A DNA stretch of 64,000 bases from the human T2T-CHM13v2.0 reference genome, Homo sapiens. Of the stretch, positions 26,416 to 37,976 are shown in pieces. The notes under the pieces were generated by a model. That model saw only the letters and a program-made list of their open reading frames with translations. It had not been told where the DNA came from and did no database searches. The stretch's first letter is position 1. Each line of letters starts with the position of its first letter. The DNA is taken from NCBI RefSeq assembly GCF_009914755.1, contig NC_060939.1. One strand, 5' to 3'. Position numbers and translations under genes: made by a program.

Positions 26416-29400
26416 TTACATTCTCACTCTTTCCCCGTTCTTTTCCTTCCAGCCACTCTAGGGCAAGCCCAACTAGGTTGTAGCCAAAGCTCACTGTAAC
26501 TCCAGAACAAGACACAGCAGCTATAATTGTTCCGGGCAGGAGTGGACAAGTTCTAACATCAGCAGGTGGGCTGCGGCTGGGGCCCGAACTGTAGATGACC
26601 TTCTCCAGGGGTCTCAGGGTCCAACACAGCTGTTTCTGTCAATTACTGAAAAGACTGTTTTTGCTTTCACACAGTTTCCCAATGTGTTTTCATCACAGAT
26701 TTCATAAACTTCAGTTCAACATATTGCCTTACATAATCTGTTGCCAAAGTAGTACTTTTGGGTAAGTACTCAGGAGAAGCACTCCCCAGTTCCTCCCCAG
26801 CTAAGCCACTACTGTAGTCCTCTGACCCATGGGGACGGGCATAAGTTACGGAGTAGACCCTCCCAGCACCATAGGAAACTGGAGTGTTGAATAAAGGTGG
26901 AAATGTACACTAGGAATATGGCCTTTGAATGCAAGAATCAAACTGTAGTTGTAACAGACATCCACATTCTATTTACACAGCCAACAGACAGGCGTGCTGT
27001 ACATTTTATAGGGGGCTTACTGCAGTTGAGAAGAGATAGGAATGCAGAAAAATCTGATAAAAGTGCTCCCAGGGTTTCAGACCTGCTCTTAGGCAGGGAT
27101 CTCATTAGATCTGGCTGGATTGTTTTAGAGATCTCCAAGAGGCTGGCTTCACCATGTGCTTTTCTAGTTCACATAGCTGAAAAACCTATATGCTCTATTG
27201 CTTCCCTGGAGATTTGTGCCCTTCAGGTTTTCCTAGGATGTCTGAGAAAAATGATCTGGGATGTTCAGGAAGCAAGTGTGCTATACGACAGTATTTCTCA
27301 ACATCCATTCATGGGTCACCTCCATCCAAACCAGTGACTGCTGGCTGAATGGCAATCTCTGGGGTTGACTGTGAGGAATTTGAATGTTCAACACACTCCC
27401 TGATTATTCCTCACGCCAAAGTTGGAGAATCTCTGGAGTAGCAGAAAGAACGCGAACCTCGGGGGAAGACTGACCAGAGTTCACATCTCAGCAGCTCTCT
27501 CACTAATGAGCTGAACCACTTTCCACAGGTCATTTAACTTCCCTGAGCTACAATTCTCTATTAGTTAAAGGAGCAAAATAACAACCACCTCATAGGGTTG
27601 TTGGGAGGATTAATTGGGTCAAGTTAGGTAAAGGCTCAGGATCCTACAGAGTCCACAATAAGTGTTAAACTACTGTCTGTCTCCAGCTCTCTCAGAAGTA
27701 AAACTCATCTCTCTGGATGGCTTTACTGAATTGAACTGCTCAGAATTCCTGAGACACTGTCTAACTTACGCATAAGCATTGCCTCTGTTCTCTACAGCGG
27801 GGCCTGCAACAAACACTGCCAAGCAGGAGAGCACAGATATGAATGAAGGGGATTTCCCATCTCCTCCTTTCTCAGGCCTGGCAGTCACTGAAACCCATGC
27901 TCATGAGAAGGCAGACCAGCGTGGAGAACTGGTGATGCCTGCTCATCAAAGATGCAGCAAAGGCCTCCTTGGAATAAATAGTGTCCAGTCTTATAATAAT
28001 GCTAATTCATTCTAGAGGGCTAAGAGCGGCCTGGGAGCTGCTCTGATGACTAGAAGCCTCAGGATGCAAGTGCCCCCGAGGACCATCCTTTACACGTGAA
28101 ATCTTGTAGCCACGACTACTAGCGACTGGGAGGTTCCACTGAGGAGGCTTCTGGGAAAGCTGTGTTCTTCACACAGGGCCTGCCATCAACAGTGGCTAAG
28201 GCTTCGGCCCCTTCCTGACACTACAACTGACTTTGTTCCTTGGTGTTGCCTGTTATTAGGTCTGCATCCCCAATGATGTCATGGCCCTTGGCTTCTGGTC
28301 TTATGCTCCTGTTGCCCTCTGGGCACCTTGCTTTGGTGCACAGACCAAGTTGCAGAGTGGTAAGAAATACCTAATCTTTCCTTTGTTACGGAGAGGGCTA
28401 TGGCCCTGAGTGTGTGTTTGCCTTTTGCGGCTCCCATTTTGAAAAGAGACGGAATGTTTTACTTTCAATAAGCTGAGGCCTATAAAATGCTTTTAATATC
28501 CAACTGCTCCATGGTGGAGAAAACATACTTATTAGTTTTGGGGTATTTCTAGTTTGGAAGGTCTTTGGATAGCATTAGTACAATTCACACAAGAATTCAC
28601 TGATTCACACTTTGCTCAATAGAGAATATCAGGCAGACACCTGGTATATAGATTGGGTGCAATCAATATTTCTTACATTGAATGGAGTTTCATTTCTAAC
28701 TGGGGAGACACCAGGATTGCAGAAGAGTGGGCACCAGGTGCAGCCCTGTCCTATGTGGCATGCAGGTCTCCCCTGAGTGTAGGAAGGCCTGTCTTAGGAG
28801 AGAGATCCAGGCTTGCCCCAACCCAGGTTGCAAGTGGCTGCTAGGGGTAGGGGAAGGAGAACAGGAGCAGCATATCCTCTCTTGAGACTGGGGGCACAAG
28901 GCAAATTCTTTCAGTTCTCAAAGGTTTATTTTCCTGTTTGTTCAATGGAGAGAGTAATATCTGACCTGCCTATTTCAGAGCTGTTCTCAGTATAAAAGAA
29001 AATCAATACAAATGGAACTCTAAGAAAAAATAAGTCAGTCCATAAATAGAAGATATTAGGAAGCATTTCCCTTCACACTAATAGGTAAGATGAAACATGG
29101 AGTTTCTTCCCACGTCTCACTGGGAGTAGGAGGTCTGCTTGCTGGGGTGGAGTTGTGTATGTGTGTTGGGGGGGCCCGTTCTGAGGCAGGTGTGCAGTTT
29201 TCTTTCCGATGCTGTCAGAAGTTGTCTTGCATTGAGAGGGAGATAAGGAAAGAGCTTTGTGAATTCAGACATTTGAAGCCTTCCATTTGGCCCCAAATGC
29301 TGGCAGCCCTCTTGTAAAGGGAAAAAAAATAAAAGCCCAGATGATCTCATAGGTCTTTTCTACCTCTGAAACAGATGGTGTGATTCACATATATTTGACA

Positions 29401-29873
29401 TAAGTGTAACCAGGTTGTGATGATTTGCCTTATTATGCTCAGCTGAAGAGAGGATTAACTAGCAATAATATGCTGAGAATGTAAAGCATGATCTCTGGTT
29501 AGAACAGAAGGCGGGAGTGGGTTGTTTCATGGTTAAAGCAATGAACTATGACTCAAGGCCGTAAGTTTCTAGTCACAGATCTGTAACCTTGTATGTGACA
29601 CTGAGAGGCTTGCTAGAGGCCTTTGAAAGTGCTCTTAATTTATATGTACTAGCCACTGCCCTTAAAAGCAATATAAGTCCTTCTTCTGAGAACAGTGTGG
29701 GTGGTAATTAATGGTTAATAATGCTAAAGAGATAGCCATCAGTGAGACTTCTGAATGCCCACGATGCTTTAAGCAATACTCAGACTCTTATCTAGAAATG
29801 CTAGCAAAATGCAAATCCCACAGTTTGTAGAAAATCTATTCTTTTTTCCTTTGCGACAAACATCTACCCTCTC

Positions 29874-30068
29874 CAGCATTGTCCAACTGACTTTTTTGCA
29901 ACAATGGAAGTGCTCTCTCCTCTGTCCAACAGTAGGTGCCATTTGTGGCTATTGCACACTTCGCCTATGGTTGGTGAGGCTTAGAAATGAAATCTTACAT
30001 TTAACTTTAATTGAAATGTATACGAAAATAGCCACATGTGGCCAGTGCATTGGACAGCACAGCTGTAG
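29874..30068. mobile_element. hAT-Charlie MITE (MER3-like)
   Basis: Termini ...gtccaa / ttggacagcac and internal palindrome gccacatgtggc. Confidence 0.6.
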
Positions 30069-30883
30069 CCAATTCAAACCTCCTGAAAGCAAGAAGGTGA
30101 GGTTGAGAGGCAGTAGAAACTAAATTAACAATTATTCAGTCTTTCTCTTTAAAACAGTTTCTTTCCCTCTTTTATTCAAGTTGCTGGGTGGAGTAGCTGA
30201 AATTACGGTCTGAGGCAAAAGAGTCCCAATAATAATAATGATAATAATTTCCCCTCCACACTTCTGTACAGTTTTTCGTGGGTTTAAAATGAGAAGACAT
30301 CTAAACTCATTAACAAAAAGCTAGCTAGACTGCTTTAATCTAAAGCACCACTTTTCTCTACAAACCTGAGAAACTAACCAGTAAGGTAAACTTCAGGAGA
30401 AGCATTAGCCTCACTCTGTTCTACTGTCAGATGACCTCTTAAAGAGACCTACGGAAGCACAGGCATATATTTTGCTATGGGCTTTTCTCCCTCATAAAGT
30501 CTGCTGCTGATTCCTGGCTCCATTTCCTCTGTAGCCCAATTTCCATGTCCCAGCCCCATAGATGGGTCAACTGATAACCAAAGAGCAAGAAGAGAGACAG
30601 ACAAAAGGTGCTGGCTTCTGTTCCTTCCAGACACAGAGCGTCTTTTCTTTTTTGCCTCTTTCATGTACTGTGATGAGAAACTCTGCAGTACATAATACAC
30701 AAAACCCTGAGATCTTACCTTACTGACTTCCCGCAGCATTCCCTTGGCCCGTGAGGGACTTGAACAAATGGTGGCTGTTCTCCTTGACCTATGTCCTCAC
30801 CCATGAGGTGCACTTACTCAAACTCTACATGGTATAAAAACTTACTCTTCCTGCATGCCTTCGGTATTTATCACCCTGTCCTT

Positions 30884-30885
30884 TG

Positions 30886-30938
<53 letters not shown>
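30884..30938. repeat. (TA)n(TG)n(TA)n microsatellite
   Basis: Seen directly. Confidence 0.95.
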
Positions 30939-31789
30939 TTCCTGAACAGTATGTTTCTCAGGTGTTGTAAGCTCTAATGGAAGGGAGAGTTTGGTCGCTG
31001 TAATTCTTCTTGAGCACTGCCTAGCACAGTGTCAGATACAATTAAGGGCTTAACCAATGCTGCTTGATAATGGATAAAAGACTATTAGACTCAACGGGAC
31101 TTTTACAGCTTTGGGATTTTAAGCCATTGTTTTCAGTTCAACATATTCCAGAACACAATATATTGTCGTTGCCTTTGGAAGGTCTGTTAAGGGGATTGAA
31201 TTAGGCTTGGTTATTTGGCGGGAAGGACTTCAGAATCAGTCATGTATTTTTCAGGTTGATAACATGATTCTTTGAAGATTAGAAAAACAGTCTTGAACTC
31301 GGCCGGCAGTTGCACAACAGGTATGGAAGGAAGGAAGGTGGTGTGATAAACATGTTTCTCGTCCCTCTTTTTTCAATAGTGAAACAGAAAGAAGAAAAAT
31401 CCTTATTCAGGAAATAGTCATGGTGGCCTGCTAAAGCCGAGTAAATCTGACTGCTGAAATGGTGTAAGGAACTTTGCAGTTTATTCAGGTTGGGAAGGAA
31501 GTGAGAGTGGAGTACATGATGAACAATGGCCCCACGTCAGCCGCGCCTCCCCGGTCTCCACCATCCTCTAGTTTATCTCCTCGCAGTATATTTTCTAAGG
31601 AGATTATTTTGAAATAGAAAGCCATTCATTCTGCTCCCAGATTCATCTTAACTGAATGATTAAAGTGTGAAATAAGATTGAAGTATAAAATAAAGAGAAA
31701 TCTAATGAAAATTTAATGCTAAACTAGTAATACTAAAAATTCTTCCTCTTTTCCAAGTTAAAAAGTCTACAACAAACAGCACTTTAAAG

Positions 31790-32001
31790 CAATGATTCGC
31801 GAAGTGCGCTTCTTGGGTCAGATGCAACAGCATGGCCTGGGAACTTGTTAGAAATGCAAATTCTTGTGCCCCACCCCAGACCTACTGGAGTAGAAACTCT
31901 GGGGTTGGGGCCCAGCAATGTGTGCTAAAAAACAAAACAAAGAAACAAACAAAAAACAGCCTCCATGTGTGATTCTGACACTCTAATGTTTGAGAACCAG
32001 T
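31790..32001 (+). mobile_element. MER5A
   Basis: cctgggaacttgttagaaatgcaaattct...tttgagaaccag hallmark. Confidence 0.75.
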
Positions 32002-33112
32002 ACTTTAAACCAACGTTGAAATAGTTGAAACTGTTCAATGCTGTACTACATTGTACTAAATGAATATCCCTAACATGTCAAGTATTTCCCAATTCTATAC
32101 ATAAGGTCTGAGCAAGCACTTAACACACACAGCCACTAGTCCGTCATTCTGAGATCTCATGGATCATGAGCTGCCTAGGATCTGACTAAGCCTCCCTTAG
32201 GTTCCCAGGAGGCTCCCAGGGTTGGGGTAGGCTTGGGGGGGTTGGTATGTCTGAGCTGTGCCACACAGGCTCCTCTGCTTCACCGTGGGAGATGGAGGGA
32301 TACAAAAAGGGGTCCACAGGAGGAACAGGAAGCTGGAAATCTTTGAATTCAATGATTTCATTGAAATCCATCAATTTTAATCATTTTTTGGGAGGAAATA
32401 TTTAGTACTTTTCAATCACTATTTCACAAATAAAAATCCAAAAATACACCACGCTTATAACATTTTAAAAAATCTTTTCAGATAATTGCTTGATGGCTGC
32501 ACTAAGCTGTGCCTCCCTCATGGTGGGCAAAGGTGCTGACAGAGTGCAGCGTCTGAAATGTGCGTGTCCACATTTATTTCCCAGCCCCTTGACCCTGCAT
32601 TGCAACATTTATTAACCAGTGTCTTCTCGTCACAAACCTCCTGGCTTTACCCAGTCCTTTCCTATTCCACCACATCTGCCCTCCAGATTGCAAGGGGAAT
32701 TATTGGGACTTTATTCCTCCAAATGATTCCAATTTCTGTTTGATAACAAAGTTTGCTCATGTAACAGTCTTTATGTGCCCCAAGAAGGCAAGGACAGAAA
32801 AGTCTCAAAGCACCAGATGCACAATATCATTTTATGATATTTTTCATCACAAGAAAAACCTCCATCCTAAGAAAAATGGAAATGCAAACTCTCCTAACTT
32901 TTCTCACTTTAAAATTGCACTTCTCATCACGACCTATTACACCCACATAGTCATGTGCCATAGGCTCTGCAGACTGTCTCCAACATTTCAAAGGCTCAAA
33001 AGCTATTTTTAAAGCCAAAATACAATCTAGATTGCTGTTCCGTAAAGCACTTTTAAAGGACGAACAAAGTAATAGAGTGATTTTTATGCCTGTGGGCAGT
33101 TAGCCAACTTAC

Positions 33113-33297
33113 CAAAAGATTGAATGCAGCTGTCAATGAGATCGTCCAGGCTGGCTCCTTTGGCTAAATGTCCCAGAGACACCATCATTCGGAACTGGGT
33201 GATGTGGGCCAAGCTGGGATGGGAGGGGAAGGGGCTGTTGGCTGGCTTTGCCTCTAGTCTTGCTTTAGAGGCAGCTCTGCAGCCATGGGAAGGTTTC
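33113..33297 (-). CDS. RASGRP1: RASGRP1 exon 2 ([62 protein letters not shown]), start of the REM domain
   Basis: Polypyrimidine tract plus CAG acceptor (33300-33298), 185-nt exon, donor G|GTAAGT (33112-33107). Translation matches recalled RasGRP1 residues 12-73. Confidence 0.97.
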
Positions 33298-33691
33298 CTG
33301 GGGAAAGAGAGAAGGCAGTGAGGGGACAAACGGGCAGCTCCACGCTCTGAAGGCAGATTGGAGAGGAAGGGAATGGAGATAAGACAATTAATCTCAGGAG
33401 CTGGGCTGATAGAAGCCATACCCCTCCCACTTGGCAAATGCACCAAATGACTGGTTGGCTGTTAAAGAGACATCTCCCCAGCAAAGGTGAGATTTCAGGG
33501 TTGCAACTAGTGCTCTTCATCCTGGCATTAGGATTGCTCTGTCCTACTGTCTCCCACTTCCTGAAGGGGAATGGCAGAGGCAAGACTATCTTGGCAGTCC
33601 TTAGCTCCCAGCAATGTATACATTTTTTCAGCTACTAAGCCACTGACTTGAATCTTAAAAATTATTTACATTGGTTTCTTTGGCTAACTTT

Positions 33692-33778
33692 GGCAGGGCA
33701 TGGTGGCTCACGTCTGTAATCCCAGCACCTTGGGAGGCCAAGGCGGGTGTATCACCTGAGGTCGGGAGTTCGAGATCA
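33692..33778 (+). mobile_element. 3'-truncated Alu left-arm fragment without poly-A
   Basis: First ~87 nt of an Alu, flanked by the direct repeat tctttggctaactt. Confidence 0.88.
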
Positions 33779-36700
33779 TCTTTGGCTAACTTCATTAATC
33801 TTGAGCAATACCTGAGATACTACACAAGGTCAGGCAGCCTCAGAATCATCGTTAAGGACCTTGGGGGAGAAGTCAAAGACTGAGGACTCAAGTGCAGGAA
33901 GTGAGGGGTGATGATGGTGGTGTTTAGATTTTAAGCGAGTCCTGCCTTTCTTACAAATCTTGGTTGGTTTTAAGATATTGTTTTTCATGGTTGATAATAC
34001 AGGTAACCATTATGAGTCATTTTTGTTACTAAACATCGTTTTTTCAAATCCTTACTTGGGTCCTGATTGAAACAGAAAGCAGAGCTGTGAGAGCGTTGTT
34101 CCAGCACTCAGTGTAAAAGGGCAAGTTTGGATCTAGAAATGGCTTAAGAGTCCAATGGACTTTCATCTACTCACACGCAGCTCTATCTCTGGTCATGACC
34201 TCATCAGTACAAGTCATTTTGCGAAATGATTTGGGAAGTTGATTGTCTTCTCCATTAAAAAATACACATACACACACAGATCCATATCTATAATCTTTTA
34301 TGGTTTAATAGTGATGAGTGTTGCTGGTAACTCTCTTGAGCATTTAGTTAATTCTCCTCTCTCTACTGTGGCTTTGGTTATTTTGTAGTTTACTACCAAA
34401 GCAGCAAAGAGAAAAAGGAAAAAAACGTACCTCTGAAGTGTAACTTTACTCACTATATATGATAAATGCATAATGGCATCAATTAATCTCTAAGTGTTTA
34501 TTCTATGAGTAAGGCATTGTGATTGGCCAGAGAAGACCACAGCGAGATAGTCTAGGTGAGGGTACTTTATATACTCATTACATACTAGCTGCTGTTGTTA
34601 CATAATGGCAGTCTAGAAGTTCCTTAATACAAAAATATAGCTGAGGAATCAGACTGAGATAATGAAAAGAAAGCTACATAAATGTTAAATAAGTGTTCTA
34701 TGAGTGTCAAGAGTAATAAGCATGATGTTCCCAGAGAAGAAAGAGGCAGTTTGTGGGACAGTGTCTGGGAAAGCTGCTCTGACAGGATATAATCTCAACC
34801 AAAGGGGCTGAAGAAGTGCTTAGATCAAAATAAAATGCTAGGCACATGTGGGTTTTGGGAAACCAGCCTGCTAAGAGATGGTGTATAACTGAACTATGGG
34901 GCCACTCAGTACACAGCTAGACCTGTGCAGGGGCACCCTGGCCCTTCAGGTTGTTTCAAACTAGCTCCAGGGCGCTGGTCTGCAGTGGCCGCTCGGCTCT
35001 ATTCTGACCTGATGCAGGTCCAGTGAAACTGAATCAACAATTGGTTATTGGGCATCTGCTAACCCTAGGCAGTAATTCCTGAAAGATCAAGTCGGTGGTA
35101 CAGGACTCAAGTTTCTGGCCATAATTGATTTTCAAACAGGCCCTGTGATAGCCCCAGAATTGGATCAGTCTCTAAAAGCAAAATAATAATGGTGACATGA
35201 ATTGAGTACCTATGCTATGGCAGGTACCGTGCTGGGGACTGACCCTGTCTTGAGGCTTACAGCCCAGAAGGATGTTATCCCCATCTCATGACACTGAAAC
35301 TGAATCTAAAAAAGGGTAAATGACATAGCCAAGGTTATAAAACTCATATATAATCAACCTGAGATTTGTACCCAGCACCTCTCTGGCTTTATTCATTTAA
35401 TAAATATTGACTGTGCCTGGAACTCTGCACATTTCACAACATCAGGATTAGTAGTAGACAATCACAGAGAGGCTGAAAAGGTCAATTCAATTTAAAATGA
35501 AAGCAAAATCCTTCAAAAGCATAACTGGTAATGTAAAGGCTGAATCTCAGCCCATATTCCTCTTGCAGGCCCTCAGAACTGTCCTCAGGTCCCTAGAGCT
35601 GGACAGACTCTTTATGGTCATTTTCCAAAGCCCCCTTCTACAGTGTGGAGGTCCAGAATCAGAAGAGCAACGTGCCTGGCCACCACTGCAGAGACAGGCT
35701 AGAAGCCAGCCCCTTGTGGCCCATGCAGTGCGCCCCAGGTGGGCGCCCTTCCCTTCCTGGAAGCACTAACAACTCTCTACACCTGGGGCTACATAGCCAC
35801 TGCTGGGATTACTCAGCTTTCTGCCCCAGCTGCTGCCTTTGTCACCATTAAGACCTCCACCAAAGGCAGAGTAGGGGAAAGGTTTTAAAAAAATAAAGTC
35901 ATTCATTGTAGAAGTCTCCTTCTCTCAGGCCTTCCACAATACTTCTCCCTAGACCTTGGAGAAGAGGCAACTGCAACTAGAGGCTCTATCTACTGACAGA
36001 GCTCTTCCTGCTAGGGGTGGAGGGGAGGTGGCTACAGATCCAAGGAAAATTCCATTTTCTTTCTTGGTTGGTGACACTGACCATTCAAGACTCCTAATCC
36101 TGCCCTGTTTTCTAATTCTGGTAAAGTTTCCTAGTGTCACCAGTAAGAGAAACCGCTTTGTTTCATAAGTGGATTCTTGAAGGTTGATGCTTTTACCAGA
36201 ACTAGAAGGGATCAGGGTAAAGTATAGGGTAGTAAAAGGGAAGAAAGGGTGACAAAAGCAATCTGGGAAGTATGGAGCCCAGAGAGACTCAGAGGACTAG
36301 GCCATGAGAGAACAGGGAGAAGAGAAAGTACTAAAAGCCAAAGTGCAGCCTCAGAGTTCTAAGAAGATGGGGATTATCTGCACCATAGACTAGGAAACCT
36401 GGCTTTCTTGCTGTACAGTCTCTTAACTGGTTGCCTTGTGAAAAATCCTCAAATCGTTCTGCCTTTTCTGGTGAAATGGGAGTAGACAAGGATTTATAAA
36501 ATGCTCTATTATAGGCAGGTCGAAGGTGTTTTAACAATCCATAGAATGAATGGCCTCTGAGTCTGTAAAGGCATATTTTTTAAAAAAATACAGTAGCCAA
36601 ATGTTTTCCTGTAAATGAAAAAACCAAAACCCCGAGAGAAACAAATTAACTTGAAGGTGTTTTCCAAGCCTAAAAGTAACCAAAGCCCCATAGGTTTGCT

Positions 36701-37477
36701 GAAGGAGACCGTCAAAACTCTAAACTGGTTTAGGTGAAATCCTCTCCAGGCATAGGTATCTCAGTGGAGGTCAGTTTCAGGCTGAGCTTTTTATGAAATC
36801 CGCCTAGAAAAGTAAGAGATGAAATGGAGCAAGGGAACTGGAACTTCCACAACTTTCTTTGCAGTGGAAGGTGACTCTCTTGACTTCTAGTATGGATTCC
36901 TTCCAGTCCCGTCCTCTTCCCCTTACAATACTCAATTTAATGTACTGAACTCCTCCTTCTGAATCTAGTGCAAAGTACAGTGGTGGACCCTCAGGGGATA
37001 CCTGGATGGGGAGAGGCAGGGCGTGCATACAGGGCCAAGAATCCTTCGTTCCTGGGATTATAAGCACGGGAAGTCCAGCATCGCAAGCTTCCTGCCGCTA
37101 CTGGGTATGGTGGTGCAAGGCACAGTCCCATCAGTGTCGATGTGAATGGAGTTGTGAAGTGCACAACTTGTCCAGCCCCTACGCCGAGGCCAGGCCTTTG
37201 TTCATGCAGTTGCCTAGTTCTGGTCCTTTGGCTACAAACTCAAAGCTGCCTGGCCAAGAGCCCTTTCACTCACTGTCCCTCTTTCTTCAACTTCTGTTAT
37301 CCAAGACCCTCTATAGAATCATAGTGAGGGGGAGAGGAGTGCAGCTTCCCATACGGAAGGCGATATGTTTCCCTGACCCACGGATCTGGAAACTTCCGTG
37401 GGGCAGGGGCAACCGAGGGGTGCCACCTCTGCGGGCTCCCTGCAAGCTCCTCGGCCGTTCTGGGCAGGGCCGGGAGG

Positions 37478-37494
37478 GGCCACCAGGTGGCGCA
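37478..37494 (+). promoter_or_regulatory. CTCF consensus motif
   Basis: GGCCACCAGGTGGCGCA is a near-perfect match to the CTCF core consensus and lies inside the CpG island. Confidence 0.7.
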
Positions 37495-37885
37495 GCCGGA
37501 GCCCAGCGCCCCAGCAGGTGCGGGCAGCGCGGAAAGTCCGCGAGTGGGAGTCCCGATGCCGGGCGTGGAGATGTGGGGGAGGAAGTCGGCGGGCGGGCGC
37601 CGGCTCCGCGAAGAGCTTCGGCCCTAGCAGATCTCACCGGACGAGCTCTGGCCTCGCGGCCGCCCCTCTACCACCCCTCAGCCCCAGCTCCCTCCCCGAA
37701 ACCCCGGGCGCAGCGCGCCGGGCGTTCTGGACACGTCCGCCCGTCGCGCTGGTGTCCCGGGACTCCGGCCGACCCCGGCCCCCCTCCGCCCTCAACTTCC
37801 CTCGGGGTGTTGGGGCGACGGGCAGGGGCCTCTTTCCCAAGAAAGGACACAGGCGCTCCCGAGGGCCACGGCCGCCTCTACTCAC

Positions 37886-37920
37886 CGCGGAGCCTCTCTC
37901 GCCTTGCCCAGGGTGCCCAT
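37886..37920 (-). CDS. RASGRP1: RAS guanyl-releasing protein 1, coding part of exon 1 (MGTLGKAREAP + 2 nt)
   Basis: Minus strand reads gcggccATGG (strong Kozak), translates MGTLGKAREAPR, and is followed by donor CG|GTGAGT at 37885. The 35 nt (phase 2) join exon 2 to give the known RasGRP1 N-terminus [23 protein letters not shown]. Confidence 0.97.
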
Positions 37921-37952
37921 GGCCGCGGCCCGCGCTCCCGGTGCCGGCTCAC

Positions 37953-37976
37953 CTAGCGCGGCCGGGCGCGGCGCAT
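37953..37976 (-). other. uORF (MRRARPR*) in the RASGRP1 5'UTR
   Basis: gcgATGCGCCGCGCCCGGCCGCGCTAG ends 32 nt upstream of the main ATG and is out of frame with it. Confidence 0.7.

Larger units (their letters stand above)
33298..37885 (-). other. RASGRP1: RASGRP1 intron 1 (4588 nt)
   Basis: GT...AG boundaries between coding exons 1 and 2. Confidence 0.95.

Noticed and set aside
26897-27337. 146-aa plus-strand ORF
   Set aside because: GTG start, antisense intronic, no recognisable homology.
37903-37920. N-myristoylation signal (Met-Gly)
   Set aside because: Gly2 is present but position 6 is Lys rather than Ser/Thr, so it cannot be supported from sequence.
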